The notes under the pieces: generated by a model
Told to the model about the DNA's origin: nothing
Databases searched by the model: none
The model's input: the letters and a program-made list of their open reading frames with translations, nothing else
In this document: positions 20,538 through 30,239 of the stretch, in pieces
Layout of the letters: each line of letters begins with the position of its first letter
Numbering within the stretch: the stretch's first letter is position 1
Translations under genes and position numbers: made by a program
Assembly: GCA_965226795.1 (NCBI GenBank)
Contig: CBDDDZ010000005.1
Span: 704,001 to 768,000 of the forward strand
Source of the DNA: Candidatus Latescibacterota bacterium
Lineage (GTDB): Bacteria > Latescibacterota > UBA2968 > GCA-2709665
Length of the DNA stretch: 64,000 bases
Reading direction: 5' to 3'

Positions 20538-21392
20538 ATGTCTGCTGAAACGTCTGGAGGTCGTCCCACGGTTGAAGACAGGTCGCTGGAATATTATTAC
20601 AGAGAGGTCGATCGACACCCACGGATCGATTCGGACGAAGAAAGGGTTCTTGCAGCAAGAATTGAAGCGGGGGACGGCGAGGCGCTCGAGGCGCTTGTAA
20701 ATGCCAACCTTCGTTTTGTCATTCATATTGCCAGGGGGTTCCGAAATCAGGGTCTGCCGATGGGAGATCTCGTCAACGAGGGCAATTGCGGGTTGTTGAC
20801 CGCTGCTTGCAAGTTTGATCGGCGCAAGGGTTGCAGGTTCATTACGTACGCAGTCTGGTGGATCCGGCAGCACATACTCAAGGCGCTTGACGTTCAAACC
20901 CGTACTGTCCGCTTGCCCGCCAGTGTCATAAACGATCTCGGCCGCCTGCGCAAGACTGAAGACCGTCTTGTGCAACACCTGGCACGCAATCCCGTGCAGG
21001 AGGAAATCGTCGCGCAGTCCGGTTTGCCGGTGAAGAGGCTGAAACGGTGCCTGGATGCGGGCGCAAACGCCATTTCGCTGGACACGATCGGTGCCGAAGG
21101 CAGCCTCAGTCTTGCGGAAACACTGCCAGACCGGCACGCCCCACCGCCGGACGAGATTTTCGATGACCGGTGCAGAAACCGCGCCGTAAAGGAATCGCTG
21201 GACGGGCTTTCCGAACGGCACCGTAAGATCCTTGCGCTTTATTTCGGGATGCACGGAGACGAACCGGCGACGTACCAGGAGATTGGCCGCCGGCTGGGTA
21301 TCAGCCGGGAACGGGTGAGGCAGTTGAAAGAGGATGCATTCGGTAGGTTGCGGCAGCCTTCGGTACGGAAACGTCTGGAGGCGTATCTATAG
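20538..21392 (+). CDS. RNA polymerase sigma-70 factor, RpoD/RpoS-like, lacking region 1.1
   Basis: ANLRFV, DLVNEGN.GL, RFITYAVWWIRQ, ISRERVRQ. Confidence 0.92.
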   Translation: MSAETSGGRPTVEDRSLEYYYREVDRHPRIDSDEERVLAARIEAGDGEALEALVNANLRFVIHIARGFRNQGLPMGDLVNEGNCGLLTAACKFDRRKGCRFITYAVWWIRQHILKALDVQTRTVRLPASVINDLGRLRKTEDRLVQHLARNPVQEEIVAQSGLPVKRLKRCLDAGANAISLDTIGAEGSLSLAETLPDRHAPPPDEIFDDRCRNRAVKESLDGLSERHRKILALYFGMHGDEPATYQEIGRRLGISRERVRQLKEDAFGRLRQPSVRKRLEAYL

Positions 21393-21444
21393 AGCGGTAT
21401 CGAGGGTGGTCTCGGGTCAGGAATAGCGGATCGACGTCCATATG

Positions 21445-21483
21445 ACCGGGTCGCGGAAGCGTTGCGGCCCGGTCTTTTTTTTG
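21445..21483 (+). terminator. Intrinsic terminator
   Basis: GACCGGGTCGC/GCGGCCCGGTC stem plus T-run after the sigma gene. Confidence 0.75.
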
Positions 21484-21542
21484 ACGTATGAATTCACGGA
21501 AAAACCCACCGGTTCCGTACGTCAGCGCTGGTTTCCGGACGT

Positions 21543-22409
21543 TTGCTCTTGACGAATCTCGGGAAATGCTTCAACTTATATTCATTCGCACCGCTTTTCA
21601 CATTTTCACGAGGCCGTCTGCCTGTGTTGGTCATTGTTTTTGCGATTCTCGGCGCCCTGGTCTTGATATGGGGTGGGATTCTTGCGCTGATTCATTGGGT
21701 GAAACCATTGTCGCAAAAGCACCTGCTGGGCTTTGGCGGTTATGTGAGCGTCGTGTCATGCGTGATGGTTTTCCTGGTGATTCAGACGGCACTCCAGCAG
21801 CAGGACGTCGCGATGAAAGATACCCGCGAGCGTTTGGACAAGACGGTCGAGACGTTCCGTGAGAAGCTGAATGAGCAGGGCGCGAAGCTGCTGGACCGAA
21901 CCATGGAAAAGGTGGATCTGACCAAGTCGGAATGGGAAGTGCGGGCAGACTTGCAGGAGGAGCAGTCGCGCCATGCGCGCACAAAAGCGGACTTCCGGGA
22001 CATGCGGATTCGGCTTCGGGACACGCAGGCGGAACTCACAAGAGAAACGAATGCTCACAGCGCCTATGCGGACAGCTTGAATACGGAACGTGCACTGAGG
22101 CGGGATTCTCAGACGCGTCTGGCCCGGGAAGAGGCGGGCCATATGACGACCCTCAAGAATCTCTCCAGTGCGCGCGAAAGCCTCTCGGGCGCCGAGGCGC
22201 GCGCGGATCGGCAGAAAAACGAACTGGCCCTGCTACGCACATCCCTGCAACGCGCGGAGCAGCGGGTTCGGGAATCGCTGAGGAATGCATCTGCGGCACA
22301 GAATGAACTCAGCACGATGCTGGTCCGGCAGCTTGAGGATGTGAACACCCTGCAGGCTGCCGTGGACTCCATCTACGTTAAGGTGATGAAGCGCCCGCGG
22401 AATCCGTAA
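21543..22409 (+). CDS. Membrane-anchored coiled-coil protein (hypothetical)
   Basis: Two N-terminal hydrophobic segments then ~200 aa of heptad-rich sequence; true start probably ~80 nt further in. Confidence 0.7.
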   Translation: MLLTNLGKCFNLYSFAPLFTFSRGRLPVLVIVFAILGALVLIWGGILALIHWVKPLSQKHLLGFGGYVSVVSCVMVFLVIQTALQQQDVAMKDTRERLDKTVETFREKLNEQGAKLLDRTMEKVDLTKSEWEVRADLQEEQSRHARTKADFRDMRIRLRDTQAELTRETNAHSAYADSLNTERALRRDSQTRLAREEAGHMTTLKNLSSARESLSGAEARADRQKNELALLRTSLQRAEQRVRESLRNASAAQNELSTMLVRQLEDVNTLQAAVDSIYVKVMKRPRNP

Positions 22410-22505
22410 CCTGAAACGGGACGGAAAGTTACGCCGCTCCGGGTATCAGCCACACACACCATCGCGGTTCACCCGGCGTGAATCCGCGCACTTCGGAGGC
22501 TGCTC

Positions 22506-23372
22506 GTGAACAAAGAACCCGATTCATCCGGCGAAAAGAAGCGCATCGTTATTGTTGTCGGCTTTCTGGCGGCAATTCTGGTTGTTCTCCTGTTGACGAT
22601 CTGGAAGCCCGGGACGGTTCCGGAAGTCGATCCGCAGGTTGTGCAACTGGAAAGCGATATCGCGCTCTATACGGGCCAGATCGATTCGCTGAATGCGTTG
22701 GTGGATGAAATGGATTCCCGTATCAATGGGATGCGCGCCCATGTCGATAGCGCAAAAGTGTCCAACCGGAAGCTCCTGACTTCGCTTCACAGAGTCACGA
22801 GCGAAATGAGGGAGTATCAGGCGCTATACAGGAAACAAAGGGCGATGAACGAAAAGCTGGTTGCGGAGCTCGTACAGTTGAAGGGTGAGAAGGATGTGGC
22901 AACCGCTGCGGTCCGGGAGTTGAAGATGGAGGTCGACACGCTGAACAAATTGCTGCACGACAAGACGACCCGCCTGATCAGGCTGGAATCCAGTTTCAAG
23001 GAGGCTGTCGAGCAGGTGCAGACCATGCAGGAAGCCGCAACTTCCGTGCTGGTCTATATCGGTACGGAAGATGACCTGAAAAAGGCAGGGTTCCTGAAGA
23101 CGTCGCGGGGGCTTACAATCAGGAAGAATTACAAACTGGTCGGCTTTCCCGACGTTACCGACGAGCAGGGCCTGGATATGATCAAGAGGGTGCCTGTTGG
23201 AGAAACGATCTCGGTTCCGGGCGAACTGGCGGTTCTTTGCGACAGGCACGGCAAACTGAGCAAACGGAATGAATACCGCGCCAGTAAGGGGCCCGAGGGG
23301 CAGACCATGGTCACATTCTGGGATTCAACGTTGATGGGCCAGCGCGTGCTTGCGGTGATCAAGGAGAAATAA
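22506..23372 (+). CDS. Single-TM coiled-coil protein with C-terminal beta domain (hypothetical)
   Basis: GGAGG RBS, TM helix, coiled coil, VYIGTEDDLKKAG; terminator follows at 23398-23430. Confidence 0.75.
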   Translation: MNKEPDSSGEKKRIVIVVGFLAAILVVLLLTIWKPGTVPEVDPQVVQLESDIALYTGQIDSLNALVDEMDSRINGMRAHVDSAKVSNRKLLTSLHRVTSEMREYQALYRKQRAMNEKLVAELVQLKGEKDVATAAVRELKMEVDTLNKLLHDKTTRLIRLESSFKEAVEQVQTMQEAATSVLVYIGTEDDLKKAGFLKTSRGLTIRKNYKLVGFPDVTDEQGLDMIKRVPVGETISVPGELAVLCDRHGKLSKRNEYRASKGPEGQTMVTFWDSTLMGQRVLAVIKEK

Positions 23373-23465
23373 GCGAGGGATCCGCAGCATCTTCCAATCC
23401 GGCCGTCCAGTGCGATGGCCGGATTTTTTTGTGTGCGCCCGTGGTCACGTCTGCGAGGCAGCTGA

Positions 23466-23888
23466 CTACCACATATGTACGAACACCGCGGGCCGGATTT
23501 TTCTGCCCGTCGGGGACGTGGAGAGCAGCGAGTCGGCGTAGGCCGCGTGGCTGACCATATAGTCCCGGCTGCCGCCGCGGAGGAAGAGGTGGAGGTTACG
23601 TTCGGGGTGTGCGATTAGCCCGGCGGTGAGGCGCTCAAACTCCCCCGGCCGGAGCAGGCGTTCGACGGATTTTCCGTCGCTGGAGAGCCCGGGGCCCTTT
23701 GCCGTGTAGATAAGGACCAGGTCTGCGGACCTTGGGTCGTGGTGGTGTACCCGCCAGACCGGTTGCGCGACGTTGAGGATCATAATGCCCAGGGTAAGCA
23801 TGAGCATCATGATTCCCAGGAACAGTTCCTTGCTGACGTCGTGTTCTTCCGCCTGCGTGGCGGCGCGCTGTAAAAATCGGCCCCTCAC
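23466..23888 (-). CDS. ExbD/TolR-like single-TM protein (divergent)
   Basis: Overlaps the upstream stop (GTGA); one TM helix with an acidic residue at its start (SKELFLGIMML). Confidence 0.5.
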   Translation of the reverse strand: MRGRFLQRAATQAEEHDVSKELFLGIMMLMLTLGIMILNVAQPVWRVHHHDPRSADLVLIYTAKGPGLSSDGKSVERLLRPGEFERLTAGLIAHPERNLHLFLRGGSRDYMVSHAAYADSLLSTSPTGRKIRPAVFVHMW

Positions 23889-24679
23889 CGGATTTCACTC
23901 CCCTGGTCATCTCTCAGAGCCAGCCACGCCCGCTCCAACGCGCCGACCCTCCCGAGTAGAATGTCAATGCACTTTCTTAACGGCAGGTAGGCCAGCAACG
24001 CAACGAGCGTGGTCTTGAACGCAAGGGTCAACCCGTTGGCCATGTCGCGGAGGACCTTGAACGTCTCGGTGGCTTCGTCCAGCCGAGCGAGCTCCTGCGC
24101 CATAAGCAGGATACCGCAAACCGTGCCCAGATAGCCATAAAAGGGAATACGGCTCAGGGCGCGATGGCCGAGGAGCAGTCGTTCACCAATAACGCCGATC
24201 AGGTCTGCGATCAGTTCGTCGTCCCGAACTTTCAGATCCGTGTACGTGTCGGTCGTTTGCTTCAGGTCATTCAGGGCGGCATTGCGCCGTGAAAGCAGGG
24301 TGCCCTGCTGGTGGTGCGCGGGGGAACTCAGGGCTCTTTCTTCGGCCCGGATATGCACCCACATATGGGTGATAAGAGAAAGATGCGCCGCGGATGCCGC
24401 CACGATCAGCGCATACGAAGACCGCCCCACCCACTCAATCCAGCTCTGAGGCGGAGGGACGAAAATGTAGTAGTAAATTCCAAGTGCGGCGATACCGAGG
24501 CCGGCCAGGCCGCCCAGCACGCCGCTCTTCAGATTCGCGTTGTTTGAAGGTAGTCCGTATCGGTTTTCGTCCCGGCAAATTGAAACGATCTCCTGGATCA
24601 GTGTGAGCGCGCCTGCCATTGCGCATGCTGATACGAAAACAGCCGCTATCAGGATTTCAAACCAGGTTAAGTTCTCCAC
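23885..24679 (-). CDS. MotA/TolQ/ExbB proton-channel family protein
   Basis: PFYGYLGTVCGI ... GLTLAFKTTLVAL TM pair; extra N-terminal TMs; GTG start after AAGGGAG. Confidence 0.7.
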   Translation of the reverse strand: MENLTWFEILIAAVFVSACAMAGALTLIQEIVSICRDENRYGLPSNNANLKSGVLGGLAGLGIAALGIYYYIFVPPPQSWIEWVGRSSYALIVAASAAHLSLITHMWVHIRAEERALSSPAHHQQGTLLSRRNAALNDLKQTTDTYTDLKVRDDELIADLIGVIGERLLLGHRALSRIPFYGYLGTVCGILLMAQELARLDEATETFKVLRDMANGLTLAFKTTLVALLAYLPLRKCIDILLGRVGALERAWLALRDDQGSEIR

Positions 24680-24701
24680 GACCCGCGCTCCCTTCGATAC
24701 A

Positions 24702-25949
24702 TCAAAGACGTAAACCATCCGTACCTTTCGAAACAACGTACCCGATATATGCGGCAATAATGACGGTGGGAACCAGCAACCCCGCGCGCGACCCGCGTCC
24801 GCTGCTCCCCCCGCTTCCTCCTCGTCCACCAGATTCGGTTGCGGCGGATTCTCCTTCTCTGCCACTCTTTCCGGAAACCGATTGTTCACCGGGAGACCGT
24901 TCCTCGGGCGGGCGATAGGCGTCCAGACGGTCGCCGCTTTCCGCGCCGGACGCTGCCGTTCCCGCCGCCGCAATGGCGGCGCCTTCACCCTTCAGGGCGC
25001 GTTTTCTGGGGTAAAGGAGGCGTTTTTCAGTCTCGGCCAGTTTCTCCGCCCACAATTCGACTTCCTTGGCGAAGGTGAGTGACGTCTCTTCATTGAGTGG
25101 TCCCGCCTTGCCCAGCGTGAAGCTGATTTCCGGATTCCGATGTCCTTTGTAAGCGGACCGAAGGACCGGATCCGCGGACTCCCGAAGCTGACGTTCGAGT
25201 CCGGCGCGTGTTTCCTGGAGGGAAATCAGACTCTGCAGAAAGCTGTGGTAGTCCATTCGTTTCTGCCTGGTGCTCGGTGCGCGTGTCCGCGGCGCTTTTG
25301 ACAGGGCCCGCTCGATCTCCCGGCGACTGAAGCGTTTCACGAATTCCGCCTGCCCGTATAACCGGGTGTGCCAGATGACCCTGGCCGTGGGAATGTCCGG
25401 CACGGGATGCGCATAGGTGATCTCGTGGGCCGGACCGTCTGTTGTCTGCCAGGTATCGTCGGAGACCAGAATCGGGTGCATTGCGCCGTTTGCGTACTTC
25501 AGATAGAGACCGAAGAGAAATCCGCTTTCTACGTGGTCCGTGTCCCAGCATCGGGCGCGGATCCGATTTCTGCTTTTCAAATAGACGTGCGGGATTTCGA
25601 TCTCCACCGGTGTGAGGCGGGTTTCGCCGACGAGGAAGTCGTTGAGCCACACCCGGGCCTCGTCATCGGCCCAGAAGATGCAGACAACGGAGGTCCCTTT
25701 CGGAAGACGCAGGACGTCGGCGGATTCGGGAAGGCGTCTGTCGTCGACGGCGCCGGGGTCTGCTGCTCTCATCACGCGAACCAGGCTGTCGATCCGTGCC
25801 GAGACCGCGTTATATTCCTGGCGAATGGAAATCAGGCTGCGATCCGCCGAGGAGGACCCGGCTGCCTCGGCGCCGGGGACTTCGGATAACGCCCAAGGCA
25901 ATACGGCCAGCGCGAGCGCGGTCAGCCATCGGTTTCGCGACGGGTGCAT
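24702..25949 (-). CDS. Secreted, C-terminally anchored hypothetical protein with lectin-like beta domain
   Basis: Signal peptide, WADDEARVWLN...ILVSDDTW, Gly/Ser linker, C-terminal TM. Confidence 0.65.
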   Translation of the reverse strand: MHPSRNRWLTALALAVLPWALSEVPGAEAAGSSSADRSLISIRQEYNAVSARIDSLVRVMRAADPGAVDDRRLPESADVLRLPKGTSVVCIFWADDEARVWLNDFLVGETRLTPVEIEIPHVYLKSRNRIRARCWDTDHVESGFLFGLYLKYANGAMHPILVSDDTWQTTDGPAHEITYAHPVPDIPTARVIWHTRLYGQAEFVKRFSRREIERALSKAPRTRAPSTRQKRMDYHSFLQSLISLQETRAGLERQLRESADPVLRSAYKGHRNPEISFTLGKAGPLNEETSLTFAKEVELWAEKLAETEKRLLYPRKRALKGEGAAIAAAGTAASGAESGDRLDAYRPPEERSPGEQSVSGKSGREGESAATESGGRGGSGGSSGRGSRAGLLVPTVIIAAYIGYVVSKGTDGLRL

Positions 25950-26000
25950 GGGGGATGTCTCCAGCGTGTCGGGAGCCCAGTCACGAGCGGCCACCCGATC

Positions 26001-27125
26001 CTAGTAATCAACGAAAGATCCATCTTCTTCGGAGCGCCACATACCGCGGAAGCGAAAGCGTTCGTCTCGCATCGCATCGAGGGCGTCGTCGTCAATGTCG
26101 AATCCGAGGCCGGGCCCGGTAGGCAGGTCGATGAAGCCGTCTTTGAAGGTGAGAGGCGGCAGAAGAAGACCGTCGCCGCGGACAGTGCCGCCTTCGCAGA
26201 TCAGGAAATTCGGGACCGTGGCCATGGTATGGATCGACGCGACAACGCCAATGGGTCCGGCAGCGTTGTGCGGCGCCAGGGCAATATCCCGGATTTCAGC
26301 CAGTGTGGCGATTTTTTTCATTTCCGAGATGCCTCCCACGTGCCGGATATCCGGCTGCAGAATGGCGCAGGCCTGTTTTTCCACAATCGCCCAGAAACTC
26401 CAGCGGGTGAGGTGGCGTTCACCGGTTGCGATGGGCGTGGGGGTTGAACGGGAAAGGGTGAGCAGGGCGTCGTTGTTTTCGGGATGGCAGGGCTCTTCCG
26501 CAAAAAGCAGATTGTAGGGTTCAAGCGCTTTGACGGTAATGATGGCCATCCGGGGGCTGAGGCGGCGGTGCAGATCCACTGCAATGTCGACGCCGTCACC
26601 CACGGCTTCCCGGACAGCGGCCACACGGGAAACCATTTCGTCTACCGTTTTTGCCGTATCCACAAATCGGACGGGTTTGACGGATACGCCCATCTTGATG
26701 GCCGTGAACCCGTCGGCGACCCGCTCTCGGGCCTGTTCCGCACAGGATTCCGGCGTATTCCCTCCGGCGTGGGCGTAGACACGCACCCGGTCTCGAACCG
26801 AGCCCCCCAGAAGTCGCCAGACGGGCACGTTCAGAACTTTGCCCATGATGTCCCACATGGCCATGTCCACTCCGCTGAGCGCGCCAATAATGATGGGCAT
26901 GCTGCGACTGTAAGTGGAGCGGAAAAAGGTCTGCCAGTGGTCTTCGATCTGGAGCGGGTCCTTGCCGATGAGGTATTCGGCCAGGTCGTCTATGGCGCGC
27001 GCGACGATCCGCCAGTGCGTATAGTCCAGGGGCTCGCCATAGCCTACGATGCCCTCGTCGGTGTGCATTTTCAGCACGAGGAACCGCTGCCCGACGGGGA
27101 TGGTTTCGAGGCGGGTGATCTTCAT
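26001..27125 (-). CDS. Mandelate racemase/enolase-family dehydratase (galactonate dehydratase-like)
   Basis: SGVDMAMWDI, AVDLH, EEP, TGER, QPD, APHN. Confidence 0.88.
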   Translation of the reverse strand: MKITRLETIPVGQRFLVLKMHTDEGIVGYGEPLDYTHWRIVARAIDDLAEYLIGKDPLQIEDHWQTFFRSTYSRSMPIIIGALSGVDMAMWDIMGKVLNVPVWRLLGGSVRDRVRVYAHAGGNTPESCAEQARERVADGFTAIKMGVSVKPVRFVDTAKTVDEMVSRVAAVREAVGDGVDIAVDLHRRLSPRMAIITVKALEPYNLLFAEEPCHPENNDALLTLSRSTPTPIATGERHLTRWSFWAIVEKQACAILQPDIRHVGGISEMKKIATLAEIRDIALAPHNAAGPIGVVASIHTMATVPNFLICEGGTVRGDGLLLPPLTFKDGFIDLPTGPGLGFDIDDDALDAMRDERFRFRGMWRSEEDGSFVDY

Positions 27126-27252
27126 CGGGGTTGACCCTCAACGGAAAATCCGACGACCCGGTGTTCACGGATTGTCGGGCGTGTGCGTCCGTTATCGAGC
27201 CCTGGGCAAGCGATTCTCCCAACCGCGGGTGCCGCGCGGGGACCCGCGGTGG

Positions 27253-28122
27253 TCAGCGGCCGGCCCTTCCACCCTGGTAGTTTTCCCGGTTTGCGGCGGC
27301 GATAACGGGCGCAATTTTGTCCGCGAACCGGATCTGGCTGTTGTCTTCCGGATCGTAGCCGATGATCTTCCGGGCGTTGGCGATACTCCAGAAATTGTGG
27401 CTGTTTCCGCTGATGCCGTAGAAAATCTGAAACGGGATGCCGTTCTCGTCTTCGATATTCTCCGTTTCGATGCTCTTAATCAGGAGTTGGGTCTGGTCCC
27501 GCGCGCTCAGGTAGGCCCCCAGGCCGCGGTGCATGCCCTTCGGGTTTTCCGGTCTGAGGTTGTCGGCAACGCTGTCGCGCGGCGCGCCGATGCGCAGCTG
27601 GATATTCTGAAGCTTCCTTCCGTTGCCGATCCTGCCCGCGGCAAAGGCGAACCCCAGCAGTTCGTAAGCGGCCTTGGCCCAGCCGTAGAAGTTGTCGGAA
27701 AGCGGGCGCATGTCCGGCGTGACGAATTCCATTGCCCCGGACCAGATGAGCGTCTCATAGAAGTCGGCGGCGTGGTTGGAACTGATGACGACCATTCGGC
27801 GGACGTTTTCTTCCAGACAGGTCTGGTAAACGTTATACGCTATGGCGATGTTGTCGGATTCGGCCCAGTATTGATCCTCCGGTTCTTTCGCACGGGTGAA
27901 GCCGCAATGTATCACGGCGTCTGTGTCCCTGAAATGCTCCCTGTACCCATCTCTGTCCCGGTTGAGGAGATCGGCCTGGATGATGCCCTCCACTTTATTG
28001 CCGGATCTGTCGGTTTTTCGGACGTCCAGCAGACCGAGGTTATATCGCTCCCTGAGGACAGGCAGGCTCCGTCCCGCTATGTATCCGGCTGCGCCCGTAA
28101 CGACTACCCTGCGTTTCGCCAT
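27253..28122 (-). CDS. NAD-dependent epimerase/dehydrogenase
   Basis: VVTGAAGYIA, SSNH, YGWAK, LRIG. Confidence 0.85.
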   Translation of the reverse strand: MAKRRVVVTGAAGYIAGRSLPVLRERYNLGLLDVRKTDRSGNKVEGIIQADLLNRDRDGYREHFRDTDAVIHCGFTRAKEPEDQYWAESDNIAIAYNVYQTCLEENVRRMVVISSNHAADFYETLIWSGAMEFVTPDMRPLSDNFYGWAKAAYELLGFAFAAGRIGNGRKLQNIQLRIGAPRDSVADNLRPENPKGMHRGLGAYLSARDQTQLLIKSIETENIEDENGIPFQIFYGISGNSHNFWSIANARKIIGYDPEDNSQIRFADKIAPVIAAANRENYQGGRAGR

Positions 28123-28133
28123 CGGAGTTTCCT

Positions 28134-28895
28134 TTACGGTAGTGAAAAGGGCATGGGGATTCCGGGGTGGTGCGTGTACCGGTTCTCGCCCCTGAGCAGG
28201 ATGGGCCGCCAGTCCCGGCCGATCGAGTTGGATTCGATCTGTCTGGCTTCCGGCGGGATAAAACGGACGGTAAGGCCGCAACGCCGGCGGGTCGAGGTAT
28301 TGGGCATGCTGGCGTGGAAAAGTTGGCCGTGATGGACTGACATCTGGCCTGCGCTGAGTTCCAGGTCTATCGCACGGCTGGTGTCGACGAGTTCGTCCGG
28401 AATTTCCTGGTTGATGCTCAATAGATTCCCCTCTCGTTCCGAAGCGCCGTGGGTAACGATGCCGCTCCTGTGGGAACCCGGGATAACCCGCATGCAGCCG
28501 TTCTCCGCGTCGCTGTCGTCTATGGCGATCCAGGCCGTATGCGCCAGCGGCGGCTTCAGACCCCAGTAAGTGACATCCTGGTGCCACGCCACGAAATGTT
28601 TCTCCGCTCTGTCGGGGTACTTGCAAAAAAAGTGCGTGGCCAGAAGCAGGATATCTCCACCCATGGCCTGTTCCATAACGTCGAGGATACGGTCGTCGGT
28701 GGAGAGCCTCCAGATGAATTCTTCTTCGAAATGGCGGGACTGGAGGCCGATCTGACAGATTTCTCTGCCCTCTCTGGCTTCGAGTTCGTCGAACTGCGCC
28801 CTGAATGCGTTGATCTCGTTTTCGGAGAAGACGTCGATTCGAGGCAGCACGCCATTGGCTTCGTAGTATTCGCCCAGGTTCTCGACGGCGGGCAT
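28134..28895 (-). CDS. PhyH-family dioxygenase
   Basis: WHQD, ENGCMRVIPGSH, HASMPN..RR. Confidence 0.9.
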   Translation of the reverse strand: MPAVENLGEYYEANGVLPRIDVFSENEINAFRAQFDELEAREGREICQIGLQSRHFEEEFIWRLSTDDRILDVMEQAMGGDILLLATHFFCKYPDRAEKHFVAWHQDVTYWGLKPPLAHTAWIAIDDSDAENGCMRVIPGSHRSGIVTHGASEREGNLLSINQEIPDELVDTSRAIDLELSAGQMSVHHGQLFHASMPNTSTRRRCGLTVRFIPPEARQIESNSIGRDWRPILLRGENRYTHHPGIPMPFSLP

Positions 28896-29115
28896 AGCGG
28901 AATCCCCCGTTCAGTGATAAAACAGGTGGCGGATAATCTACGGTGAATGGCGCAAGGGTGCAACCCGTTTTTGGTGCCGGCGGCCGATCCCGCGCCTGAG
29001 GATTGACAGACCGGACGCGGGTGGGTATCATGCGAAACCGGGAACCACTGTCCTCGTGCGATTGCGCCCGGTCTCGATGCAGGAGCCAACTGTTTTCAAT
29101 GATCGGAGGCTGGAA

Positions 29116-30228
29116 ATGAAAATCACCCGTGTAACCGCAATGGTGTTGCGGCTGCCCCATGTCACTGATGCCTGCGACGGTACGCAGGATACCTGTCTGA
29201 TCAGGGTCGAAACCGACGCCGGTCTCACGGGTTGGGGCGAGGTGGATTCCTGTCCGATGGCCGTCAAGGCAATTGTGGACGCGCCGCTGTCACACCAGAT
29301 CTGCAACGGTCTGGCGAACGCGCTTCGCAACGAGAATCCGCTCGAGGTGGAAGTGTGTATGCATCGTATGATGGTCGCGACAAACTACTACGGCGGAGGG
29401 GGCGTGGCGCTGCACGCCATGGCAGGCGTCAATCTTGCGCTCTGGGATATTGCGGGCAAAGCATGTGAACGGCCGGTATACCGGCTTCTGGGGGGACCCT
29501 TCCGGAAGCGTTTTCGGGCGTATTGTTCGATTCTGTTCGGAGATACGCCGGCTCAGACCGGAGAACTGGGGCGGAGGTTTGCGGGTGAGGGTTTTACGGC
29601 GGTCAAGTTCGGCTGGGGGCCGATGGGAAGGGACGAGGAGACCGATATCGCCCTGGTAAAGGAAGCGCGGCGGGGCGTGGGAGACGGGGTGGATGTGCTG
29701 ATCGACGCGGGGCAGGTATGGGACTGGAAGACGGCACTGAAACGAGCGCGTCAGTTCGCGGAGTTTCGCCCGTTCTGGCTCGAGGAGCCCCTGCAACCGG
29801 ACGACCTGCGTGGTTACTCCCGGCTGGCGGCGGAGAGCCCCCTGCCCATTGCCGCGGGTGAAGCGGAAGCACGTCTCGACGCTTTCGAGCGCCTGGTGTC
29901 GGATGGCGGACTGGATTGGGTGCAGCCCGATCCGGGGCGGTGCGGCATTTCGACCATGGTGGAGGTGGGAAGGATGGCGCACCGCCACCATACAGGGGTG
30001 GTGAATCACAGCTTCAAGAGCGGGATAACGATCGCGGCGTCGCTTCACGCGCTCGCCGCGGTACCGGGCGGGGAGATGTTCGAGTATTGTATGTCGGATT
30101 CTCCACTGCGCCACGAACTGACCCACCAGCGCTTCGAACTTGTCGACGGGTACGTCACGGTGCCCGAAGGACCGGGGCTGGGCGTGACGATCAACGAGGA
30201 CACCGTGGCGAAGTACCGGGTGGCATAA
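29116..30228 (+). CDS. Mandelate racemase/muconate lactonizing enzyme family protein
   Basis: LALWDIAGK, VKFG, LIDAG, WLEEP, AAGE, QPD, GPGLG. Confidence 0.9.
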   Translation: MKITRVTAMVLRLPHVTDACDGTQDTCLIRVETDAGLTGWGEVDSCPMAVKAIVDAPLSHQICNGLANALRNENPLEVEVCMHRMMVATNYYGGGGVALHAMAGVNLALWDIAGKACERPVYRLLGGPFRKRFRAYCSILFGDTPAQTGELGRRFAGEGFTAVKFGWGPMGRDEETDIALVKEARRGVGDGVDVLIDAGQVWDWKTALKRARQFAEFRPFWLEEPLQPDDLRGYSRLAAESPLPIAAGEAEARLDAFERLVSDGGLDWVQPDPGRCGISTMVEVGRMAHRHHTGVVNHSFKSGITIAASLHALAAVPGGEMFEYCMSDSPLRHELTHQRFELVDGYVTVPEGPGLGVTINEDTVAKYRVA

Positions 30229-30239
30229 TAGACATCCGT

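Noticed and set aside
23466..24679. Zorya ZorAB defence system
   Set aside because: No long ZorA tail, no OmpA-like domain in the partner, no zorC/D/E nearby
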